A DNA stretch of 64,000 bases. It comes from Marsupella aquatica (Eukaryota; Plantae; Marchantiophyta). How positions within the stretch are numbered: position 1 is the stretch's first letter; the number at the start of each line of letters is the position of its first letter. Where the stretch lies: assembly GCA_973895155.1 (NCBI GenBank), contig OZ316897.1, forward strand, positions 14,445,375 to 14,509,374. Direction: 5' to 3'. Below are positions 12,218-22,835 of this stretch, piece after piece. A program made the position numbers and the translations under genes. The notes beneath the pieces were generated by a model. The model did not search any database. It worked only from the letters and a program-made list of their open reading frames with translations, and was not told where the DNA came from.

Positions 12218-12736
12218 CAGATGGCGTACCGAGTACCCGGCCAAGGAACTCATTATTCAATGTTTCTTATTTTCTAGTTTCGAGCAAAGTTTGTTTAACT
12301 AGCCAATAGATCACCTGAATATTTATGCATCAGTAAGAATCCATCCTTTGCGCTGTTCGTGTTCAGAAGGCAAGGTAGATAAAGAGGCTACGAGACCAGA
12401 ATAACTGGAATTCCAGTCCGCGGAGGATTATTGGAGGCCGGGTGAAATGGAGGGATTCAGACGTGCACGTGAGTTCAAACCCACTGTAATTACCCAAAAC
12501 CTCTCCGAATTCTGAAAATCGGTTGTGTCAATCATAACTTCCTTAGCTATTATTTGTGTCTGTAGCAGTAAGTACATGCAACTCTTGTTATATATATAAC
12601 CCTAGCCACAAAACCCTGAAAGGCCTTTGTCAGCTCTATGTAATTAGATTTTCGAAGATCGTTCCTGTGGACGATAACCAATCAAACCTCCGAAAAATGG
12701 GAAATCAATTCACATATTGGATTCGATGTCATATAT

Positions 12737-14591
12737 TCACGGGCCCAACAAGTCTTGCAATGCAGCTGCCCGACACCTGCGCAGGATAGCAACAATATAC
12801 AACAGATGATATGGCCAGAAATTAACTAGATGTATAATGTAAGATAAAATTACGATGTTCAAAATATATATTTGATGAGGCAGTCTACGTACTAGTACAT
12901 TCTTCATTGTACAGAAACGCGAAGGTTCTCACACGTACTTGCTTACATAAACATCTGTTTACATACCTCTTTGCCCCTTCCAGGTCTGAATACCTTCCCA
13001 AAAAGGACCAGCTGAGAAAATTCCGCACAACACTTGTTAAAGACCTCTGTAACATACAGCTGCAGCTTGTAATTTGACAAAAGGACCATATACGTTTCAC
13101 AGAAATCTTTCCAGAAGTAAACTAGAACCAAGTTAATTGGTACTAAGTGTCTATTCAGAATGTATCTTCCAATAATTTGTCTCCTAAGATTAATTCCAAT
13201 GCGCCATTAAAGCAGACTAAAATCAGTTGAAGATGCCCATGAAATACTCACAGCTTCTTAGGAGTTTCGTTCCTCCTAATTTTCACTTCGTACCAGCCCC
13301 TAGGGCAGATTGTAATTCCTTCTCCGGCATAATTAGGTACAGCGGCTTCAGCTCGGCTTCTGAGAGTATCGATGTAGGTCAGCTTCTCCATTGAACTCAT
13401 CTGCATCACCGAGTTTTGATCAACATGAGTCTGAGTGTATCCCAGTGGCCTGAATGCAGAATATATTGCAGAACCTACGTCACAGAAAACTCTAAACGTT
13501 GCATGTGCGTGTGCATTTGATGAATGGAAAGCAAAATTCATACTCAGGTACCTCCGCAATGTCTTCGGTGTATTCGCTTATGTCATTGTTCGCGGTTGTA
13601 CCATGTAGCTTCAGGTATGCTTTATCATAGGCACTGTAAAAATCCAGACGGCCCCCTACCCCCAGTAGTTAGAAACATTCGACACAGATAGGTATATCAG
13701 TAAAACCACAAGAGGAGTTCTAATTGATCGAGCAGGACATTACCTTGCAGCCTCCGTAATAGTATAATATGAACCTGTAATATTGATCAATCACCAAACG
13801 TAGTTAATCGTTTTCAGAACTTAGTAAAACAAGGAGCAAGCTACTAGAATTGCAAACCTCGCTCAAGCAGAATATTCCATCTTTGGCCTATCAAGATGGC
13901 GTCACGCAAATCAAGTGAACAAGCGCGCATTTTAGAAAACCCACTAGAATCACATCAAAAATGTGTAAGTGTACTTGCCGAGAGAAAGCTGCTTCTTCGA
14001 TTTTGGAAAGCTGGTGTCCCTGAAGAATCCAGGCTAATTTGTGAGTATTAATTCCAATTAGTCCCATTGAAGAGTTCTAGCTAGGAATTAATACAAGAAG
14101 TCGAGAAACCTATCTGCCTAAATCCAGAATATTTTCAATCAACGGAAAAAAGCTTACAAATAATATATACGTACAGGGCCAAATATTAACAAAATGAAAG
14201 GCTTGATTGTGGTTTTCAAGAGAGTTGTAGTTACGAAGTATATTTAATTTGCTATTAATTACCAAACGTTTGCGGTCCAATATCCAATCCGCTTGTAGAA
14301 GTTGATGCCTTTGTGCTGGCTTTTGGTCTCTTCTTCTGATTCAAATGTAGAAGGTGCATTATTGTTAACAAGATTTGCCTCTGAAGGCTCCCCAGTTTCT
14401 GCCACCATTTGAAGCGTTTGACTTCGAGTACAAACTACATTGGTTAAGTCAGCATGATATCTGGGCTCCGACTCCCACCGAAGTATCCACCTTGTCTTTG
14501 GCTTCAAAGCTCTTTTCTTTGGCGGCTCATTGGTAGGAGGTCTATCACTGTCAGCAACCTTTCCTCGAGAACGCTTGCCTGTCACTACCAT
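12737..14591 (-). CDS. Divergent double-AP2-domain (APETALA2-like) transcription factor; second domain degenerate or truncated, possibly pseudogenising
   Basis: Inferred exons: 14591-14263 (..PPKKRALKPK..HKGINFYKRIGYWTANVW), 14019-13979 (DTSFPKSKKQLSLG, GC donor), 13774-13744 (31 bp, GSYYTITEAA), 13633-13552 (AYDKAYLKLHG..SEYTEDIAE), 13400-13252 (MSSMEKLTYIDTLRSR..GWYEVKI..KK), 13011-12967 (45 bp, WSFLGRYSDLEGAKR), and a tentative 12776-12737. Compare AP2 YRGVTFYRRTGRWESHIW|DCGKQVYLG|GFDTAHAAAR|AYDRAAIKFRG...|YVYLGLFDTEVEAAR. The start codon and last exon are uncertain. Confidence 0.82.
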
Positions 14592-16250
14592 TGTAGTCCC
14601 TCTCGAACTTTAGAACGATCGATCGAAAATAGCTGTAGAGCTGAAACTCGACTCTCCTTTGTCTCAGACTCGCTCCCACCTAAGCGTTTAATCAATTTAT
14701 TGCTCAAGCTTCTTCTATGCGATCGACTCTGATACGCATTGTTGTCGGCTCCATCAGCCATTCTACTCCGGCCTCGAGCTGTTTCAAGTGAACCTGCAAT
14801 CCATTTCGAAAATGTCATTTCGATTCCGCTACATGGGAGACTTGGGGCCAAAACGTCAATGCTCCCAGCTCATGTTGGAAATTGGGGTATAACAGTGACA
14901 TAATCCTATAGCAATATAATACACACGGAACTCCTGTCTAGAAGCCTGATATCACCAGACTTGATTTTATTAAGCTGCTTGTTGAAGTTAAGCAGTGTAA
15001 GAATCCTTGCAGGAAGAGCATGCCACAGTCAACAATTTATAAGCCCCCTTAAGGTTTGAAGAATAACAGTCGGTTCAAATGAGATTTTATCCAAAGAGTG
15101 TATATGCTATGAGAGATAACAGAGGTACCTACCTACCTACAAGTAGCCTGAATCATATTCCTCTACGATCCCCGCCCCCCCCCCCCTCCCACCTCTCCCC
15201 TTCCCCCCGAATCGCTCTCGAGCGTACCTAGAATCCAGTCCCTTTCCACCTTTCCAGAGGAGAGTGCAATATCAAATTAAGAAATTCAAAACTAGTGCTG
15301 CCAAAAGTCATATCTTGAACGAGAAGGCCCAGAATTCTCAAGATATAAACACAAACGGAATCGAGTGCGGCTACCACTTTCTTAACAAGTCACACTCCAC
15401 CAGGTAAACTAGAATACAGGTTCTAAAACTGGATTCTGGAACTTCTGCTGGGTCCAAACACTATTAATTCTACAAGATAGCAGTACTGCATGAGGTTATT
15501 CCAGATTTCGAGAGGAGAATATATACCATATGAAGGAGGGAGCGGCGATCTGAAAAGGCTGGCGACAAAACAGAACAAAACATCATACGGCACAGATAAG
15601 AGAAGGTAAGAGCACGAAGAGAAGTTCAGAGCTCTATTCTGCACGAAGGAGAAGGCACTGTTTTATGTCGACATGGTGGCGTGAAATCTTAATGGTGGAA
15701 AGAGAGAATCAAAAGATTGCCCTGACTCTCAATGGGATGCGTTAATGCTGCTAACATCACAGACACATTCAACCCGGGCTATGTTCTCTACTCTGGACAA
15801 TATATATGTATACAGTGTATGTACGTAGGTTTGCTATAATACGAAGTTCTTTCATGTGACATAAGTTTGCTCTATAGCCTAAGATCCATCTGTCTAATTT
15901 AAAGGATGCTTCAAGCTTCCTCAGTTTTAGCTCGCACAACCCTGCACCAGAAAATCAGAGAGGTCCAAGAGCGGCATTTCCCAGTCTTGATGGTATACCA
16001 TCAAGACTTGTCATACTTAGAGTAAGCTCTCAATGCCCAAGTTTCTCTAGTGGCTGACTGGCTTCCTGAAAACAGTACTGATTGTAAACTTACCTTTGGA
16101 TACCCATTCAAATATGTAGGAAGACCGTTTTCTTGGAAGTCTCAAAAACTTCTCCTATACAGGCAGTCAGAGAAGATCGATAACAATATATGCATGCAAA
16201 GAAGCACTCGAGCATCACCAGTTTACATCATTCAAGAGCTTCCATCATAT

Positions 16251-17027
16251 TGGTTGGCGTCTTTTGAGACGATCGATAAACGAACGTTGTACCCCACACT
16301 CCTTTTCCTCCCTCGCTATCCTAATGACATATCGTCAGTGGTGTCCGGTCTTACGTACCTTTGGTGTGTTCATTGCTCCAGCCGAGCCACGACTTGCTCC
16401 GTCCGACGCAATTAGTCTTGGAGACGATCGATAGAGAAACGTCGGCCACTTGTAGTCTGAGTACGTCTTTGGTTGGTTCCTTGGAAACGGGACCGAACAC
16501 GAGATAAATCTGAACCTTGGGTGGCTTAACTATTTCAGCCTCGATCACTCTCCCTCTCTCTCACGCCGTGACAAGCTCTCTCTCTCTCACGCCGTGACAA
16601 GCTCTCTCTCTCTCACGCCGTGACAAGCTCGACTGTCAGTCGTTTGGGGGTGTGCTACAGAACCTCCGCTGATCGGTGGGTTCAGCCTTCTCACTGCCCA
16701 GCAACGAATGTGTGGGTGTGCTACAGAACCTCCGCTGATTGCTTTGTGCGTTCAGCCAGCCTGAGATTGAAGGCGTTAACAGGTGGCAGCGTTAGATAGG
16801 CTTCTTCCTTTGGGCCTTGCGCATGGGCCTAGACCCCTCCGAGCATGCATATCGTAACGGACAGTAGACCCCGTTAAGTGATACAATAGGGATTAACATT
16901 AATGGCTGCTGACCTGACGTTATCTGGTGCCAGACAGTAGCCCCCCGGCCAAGCTAGGGTTATAGAGACATTCGTTCGGATTATTGGCTGCTGACCTGGC
17001 GTTATCTGGTGCGCTCTGGATCCAACA
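16251..17027 (-). mobile_element. Possible solo LTR-like repeat with internal minisatellites
   Basis: TGTTGGATCC...CCAACCA ends on the minus strand. Internal repeats: 3x ctctctctcacgccgtgacaag (~16552-16630), 2x gtgtgctacagaacctccgctgat and 2x ggctgctgacctg.cgttatctggtgc. No TSD was found. Confidence 0.35.
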
Positions 17028-18276
17028 GCGCAGGAGGAATCGGTGAATTTGGGGACTGGCTAAGTATTCATGACAAGTGTTGTTTTGAGGAGAGAAAGTT
17101 ACTTAGGCATACTGAAGGTTTGGTTCGCCAAATAAGAAGATTTCAGTTAGGAAAAAACAAGTAAGATATGAACACTTAATGAAACAGTTTTATTATTCCG
17201 AATCAAATAAGTTCAGTGTCGAACCAAAACAACAATTTCATTGAATGTTACAGTCACTGCCATCAAGAATTAATCAATGAGTAGATCTAGTTTGTTTCGT
17301 CTATGCTATAGCCTAGTTGGGAACGTACATTACACTGCTACATCTTTGACTGATGGATTGAATATTAAGTGTGAAATTAATAGTGTGCAATATACACTGA
17401 GGCTTGGGATTGGGAGTTTCAAGCATTCTTAATCTCACTGGTAGTTTCAATCCACCCAGCCACTTGTATATAAGGATGCTTAATTGGGCACAAGAACAAT
17501 TTGAATTTATAGTTGTCTCCATTTCTTTGAGACTTGCTTTGAATACACGTACACTTAGATCTAACACATTGGTTCAACAACTGATCCTACAGCCACTAAT
17601 TCATGTAAGTAAAATTCAACACAACCTGTAAGTCAAATAGTGGCGCATTTTCTCCCAAGTGTCTCACTTGCTCAGAAATGGCACATCATGTACCACATGA
17701 ATCATAAGGTACTTCAATTGCTTCTAATGAAGGGAAGACTTAGTTTGACAAATTTGTAAAAGAACTTTAGGTCTTTTAGTTTAAATCCTATTGTGGGACT
17801 CATAAATAAATATACTAAAAGTTAACAGGGTTAAGTAATTAAAAATTTGATTTGCAAAATATCAAAAATTTGATTTGCTTCCAATCATGATAAGATATGA
17901 TCCAATATGTATACACAGCAAATGTGTCACATCCCCGGGCAAGTAGTTAAACCAAATTTATTCTACATTTGTGGGCTTTCACCTAGTTTAATGTTGATGT
18001 TCTCAAATCCTATTTACAGAAAAAACAATCATAGAGAATTTGTGTGTCAGCCTTCAAATATGTGGGTTTTGCTAAATCTCTCGGGTTCATGTTGGGGTTT
18101 GTAAATTTACCTATAAAAACACTAAAACTGCCCAATCATAGTCTTTACCCAGAGCATCAAATTTGGGATTCCAAGCAATGTGACCTATGAGTTCTAAATG
18201 GGTGTGATGCATGACATGATTGGATGTATGCAACCCTCGGCTCTTAGTAAAATTAGTACAGGGAGGATGTGCAAAG

Positions 18277-18493
18277 CTGGGGGTCTCACTATATGGAGGC
18301 CTCCCCATCACCAGCAACTTTTATTTCTCGGACCCCCCAAAATGTACGTGAGAAAAAAATATTTTTTGACCCCTATAAAGTTGGCAAGAATATTTTTGCA
18401 TATTCCCAAATTTTGATTAAAACTCCTACCAATAAAATGACCTTATCCTTTGTTGCATGTGATGTGCCATTTTGTGGAAATAAAACCTCCGAG
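18277..18493 (+). mobile_element. MITE copy F (internally deleted)
   Basis: ctgggggtctcactatatgg...gtggaaataaaacctccgag; TSD gtgcaaag/gtgcaaat. Confidence 0.8.
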
Positions 18494-18884
18494 GTGCAAA
18501 TGTTGCAAGCGTGTTTCTAATTGAATGGAAACTATGTTTTAAGATATCTTTAAAAGTAGTCCACGTCCTGATATATATTAATGTTTGGCACAATCATTGT
18601 AAGTAATAAGCCTTCACCAGTACAGAACCCCTTGTTTTGTGACCCGACCCGACCGCTTGTGACCACAAGAATGGGCTCTTCACACTCCAGTCATATTTAT
18701 GTGAAAATAATTTGACTTCTAAGGCCTTATTAAGTCAATATGAGACACCAAAACACATTTAAATTAATTTCATCTTCATGGTCTAAGTTGTATTTCGATG
18801 ACCCATCAGTCACTCTTAGTCCCATAGTAATGGGCGGGAAGGAAGCCAACTCCATTTTAGTCTCACTCTGTAAGGGGTTATCAT

Positions 18885-19227
18885 TGTTGAGCATAGACAT
18901 TCGTAACGGCAAGCCCATGAACCATCCAACACACAATAGTCGACACAGAGAGATACATGGTTCACCTCCACATGAGGCTACGTCCACAGGAACACACAAG
19001 AACTTTACTGCACTCTAGGCCGACCGGCCATACCAAACATCCACAACGCAAGGCAACACTCTCTATCCCTCAATTAGCTCCATAACAATGAGCCTAAGTT
19101 CCACTAGGGTCTAGCATCAGCCGTGGCTATATACACAATAGCACTATCGCTAACATTAGCTAAGTCCTAACCCGAGTTAGACTAACTGGTTAGCTCATTA
19201 GTCACAAGACTAGAGCAATATCTAACA
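18885..19227 (-). mobile_element. Solo LTR (343 bp)
   Basis: TG...CA ends with a perfect 5-bp TSD atcat; reverse-complement homologue of 52802-53146. Confidence 0.85.
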
Positions 19228-20291
19228 ATCATAACACACTTGATATTTTTAGGTATTAAACACATTCAGTACAAATTAATGGAAATTTTTTTTTTAACTT
19301 TTTTCCTACCACCATATTTCTGGAATATTTATATTTTTTTTTTCCAAAAATTCAATAGTAAAAATCTATTTTTCTTTTTATTTTCAAAATTGGATTTAAA
19401 AAACCCTTAATCGAGACCCAAATCTACAGGGATTTAAAAGTATTTTTCTTAACCCAATAAACAAACTGTATACTTACTTTTGCGGGATGGATAGAAAGGA
19501 AATAAGTGAGAACCCTGGTATTTTGTACATGTGTACAAATAGTAAAGTGGTTGATTAACCCAATGTTTTTTAAGGCTATGCAAGGCTACCCCAAATAATC
19601 CGATTGTAAGGCTATCCTAAGTTTTGAAGAGAGTTTTTCTTGGGGGGTTAACTTAGTGGATGTTTTGGAGTACTTTGTGCGATTGTAGCCCCATATAGTT
19701 ACATACACCTATTTTATAAAGAAATTATTATTTTATTTTAATATTAATGATGTAGTTTAATTTATAAACAATATATATATATTAAAGAATATTATATGAA
19801 AGTCTCTACTGTAGGCTTCACTTACTCAGTAACGTAGTTGATCTCTTAAACTCACTTTAATATATTGGGTTTTGGGAGGAGAATGATGCAAGTTTAATAT
19901 CCATCTATCACTAGTAGTGTCTCGGTCCCTGTTTTTTGTTCTTACTTATAACTTTACTATTTACACAAGTTTTACGTTCACTAAGTAAGTCAGACCCGAA
20001 TTGAGGTTTAACCGTGACTCGATCTCACTCTTTACAGTCTGGTCACACCAGGTCACTACAAGTAGTCAAAAAAATTCCATCAAAAGTGTAAAAATGGGGC
20101 GAAAAGGACCATTTGGTCCTCCTGCAATTGGAATGGAGTTTCAGTGATTATTTCTACTTTTTAAACAGCAAAACATAATCTCAAACTTAGCAACAAACAT
20201 ATCTTCAAACTTAGCAAAGCCAAGTTAATCCATATCACCTACTCTAAGCGCATAACTTCAACTAAGGTACTACTGTAATTATTTATCCTTC

Positions 20292-20675
20292 TAGCGTCCC
20301 ATAAAAAAAACAAATATGGGACGGGTGGCCTTCACCATTCCCGACCCCTAAAAGAGAACGGCAGGCCCCGAAGCTCGTATAAAGTTCCTCTGGTACTCTC
20401 TCTTCATCTCGTGCTTCTTAGCGTCCCATAAAAAAACAAATATGGGACGGGTGGCCTTCACCATTCCCGAGTCCTAAAAAAAAGACGGCAAGCCCCGAAG
20501 CTCGTATAAAGTTCCTCTGTTACTCTCTAGTCATCTCGTGCTTCTTAGCGTCCCATTAAAAAAACAAATATGGGACGGGTTACCTTCACCATTCCCGAGT
20601 CCTAAACAAAAGAACGGCAAGCCCCGAAGCTCGTATAAAGTTACCCTGGTACTCTCTCTTCATCTCGTGCTTCTT
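20292..20675 (+). promoter_or_regulatory. 3x ~127-bp tandem repeat, each unit with a TATAAA box and pyrimidine patch; putative triplicated core promoter of the peptide gene
   Basis: Units start at 20292, 20419 and 20546. TATAAA is at 20378, 20505 and 20634, each followed by a ctctct..tcatctc patch. Each unit has a cgtcccat/atgggacg inverted repeat. Confidence 0.7.
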
Positions 20676-20845
20676 CCTCATGCTCCAGTGGAGCGGTAGT
20701 GTTTCTCGTTCAGCGGCTCCCTTCTCCAATGTTCGACTGAGCGACGACGATTCTCGTTCAGCAGCTCTCATCTCCAATCTTCGACTGAGCGACGACGATT
20801 CTTCTGTCACGTTTCGGTCGATTGAGGGGCGTAGACTCGATCACC

Positions 20846-22036
20846 ATGATGGCGGTTCGCAAGCCCGCGTCGCTTCTGCTGATGGCATTCGCCATCGCGA
20901 CGCTGGCCTACTTCTCGTGCCAGACAAGTGCTGTACGACATTCTCCACTAGGTAATTATGTGGGACACAGTCGGAATTGACACACCGGTGTTTGTGTCGA
21001 TACTACCGAAATAGTGAGACTTTGCTTGGATGAACATTGTCTGCGATTATTGGTGTCCGATCGACTCGGCGGAGACATATTGACCGTCGTAAGCTGCCGT
21101 TTCGTCGGGAACGAACGTCTCGCGACATGATCGGTTCGAACTCGTTTTTGTTCGAGGAGTTCTCGATCATAGTACTTGCATGCACGGCTCGTTGATCAAA
21201 GAGTGTACATGTGTTGGTTTGTTGTCACGGACATGTTGTTAGAAACGCTGTTCTGTTCGACTAAATTTGCGTCCATCGACTTTGACCTGATCTGGAGTTA
21301 TTGTCCATCATGGGGTAAGTCGATCCGTTCGCTTGTTGACTCGAGCGATGGTCCTTCTTCCTTATCTTTGATATCCGGTTGCATGCATGCACGCAGGGCC
21401 CCGTGGCCGGATGCGCGCAGGGACTTATCGGGTTCAGATACTTTCGAAGTCAGGGAGCAAGCATTTTGTGGAGAGCCTCGACGATTTGTCGTCTCCGAGG
21501 GTATCGGAAAATCTGCAGGTACGTGAAGAAGGTTTATTGTGGTCAGATTCAAACATTTTTATTGTGGTCCTCGGAGGCTTTCATTGTTGTCAGATGATCC
21601 GGAATGCTTGACTTCCGCCACGTTTGTTATCGAAATTGCGCAGGTGGGAGGGGATAGTGACTACGGTCCACCATCAGTAAACCCCCCAATCCATGTCGAC
21701 CCCCCGATTACTCCTATAACATTCGACAGTCACCAATTGGATACCAATCCCAATATCCACGAGGATTATGCTCCAGCGACAGGCCACCCTCCCATTGATT
21801 ATCATGACTACCCCCCGCCCCATGATTTCGTTTCGAATCACCAATTGGATACCAATCCCAATATCCACGAGGATTATGCTCCTGGAACAAGCCACCCTCC
21901 CATTGATTATCATGACTACCCCCCGCCCCATGATTTCGTTCCTCGGAAGACATGGAGCTCGGAGGCGAGTTTCATGCATGCCACTCTGCCGGCTCCGACG
22001 ATGATATACCACCCTGAGAACCTCTCCGGGCCCTGA
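20846..22036 (+). CDS. Secreted small-peptide precursor with multiple DY-initiated RGF/GLV/CLEL- and PSY-like motifs (206 aa, 3 exons)
   Basis: Exon 20846-20951 encodes a signal peptide (MMAVRKPASLLLMAFAIATLAYFSCQTSA-VRHSPL); exons 21397-21518 and 21644-22036 follow. GT-AG introns in phase 1 then phase 0 join into one open frame. Motifs: DYGPPSVNPPIHV, DYAPATGHPPIDY, DYAPGTSHPPIDY. Confidence 0.78.
21730..21940 (+). repeat. 108-bp (36-aa) in-frame tandem duplication inside the peptide precursor exon
   Basis: HQLDTNPNIHEDYAPxTxHPPIDYHDYPPPHDFV occurs twice, starting at 21730 and 21838. Confidence 0.9.
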
Positions 22037-22656
22037 TCCATCTTCATTGAGCGGAAGATAGCTGTCGGCCTAGAACTTTGTAGTTAGCTTCAGAGCAGAT
22101 ACTCTGTATACAGTGGACCGTGCTCATAGAGACTTCAGCAGTGGTAGAACATAGTCGGAAGGCTTTGGTTCACGGTCGCGTCGGATCTCGATGTATCGGT
22201 CTCCCAGGATAATTAGGCTCCGACCAGTCATGATGTGTCTACCGTATCTACGCCGAGTGCGACAGTGCCTTGTATAAGTTTTCTGTAAGGGCTTCGGACC
22301 TTCGGCAATTTGGGCACCCCCACATATCGTTTAGTCTACCCTGCGGGTGGAGAAATAAAATGGAAGTTGAACTAATTTTAAATTTTAGTTCACCACCATC
22401 TACGTTCATGATCATTTGTATATGTGTCGTTCAAAATGAATTATTGTCGATGTGTTGATAGTAGTTTTGTCAGGATATTAATTGAGCTCTTTTTTTTGCC
22501 TCGAAAAAAACAAGATGAATTCCATTCAAAAAGCCAAGATACAAAACGGGGGCCCACAGGGAGCACCAGCCCACAGGACCAAATAAGGTCGAAGTGCTAA
22601 CAACCCGGGAGGCCGGTACCAGGTAAAGAGCTGATCCCCAAATGGGAAACCAAACA

Positions 22657-22835
22657 ACGAATTTAGAAACTACCACTGAGAGTAGCACACTCTTAAAGAC
22701 GAATTTAGAAACTACCACTGAGAGTAGCACACTCTTAAAGACCGGCCAGTGGTCTGGTTCCCCGAGGTTCCCAACACTAGTAGCACACTCTTAAAGACCG
22801 GCCAGTGGTCGGGTTCCCCCGAGGTTCCCAACACT
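22657..22835. repeat. Nested short tandem duplications
   Basis: 2x acgaatttagaaactaccactgagagtagcacactcttaaag, then 2x accggccagtggtc.ggttcccc.gaggttcccaacact. Confidence 0.75.

Noticed and set aside
15169-15210. Poly-C tracts (also 51122-51143) as G-quadruplex regulators
   Set aside because: Simple homopolymers with no supporting context.
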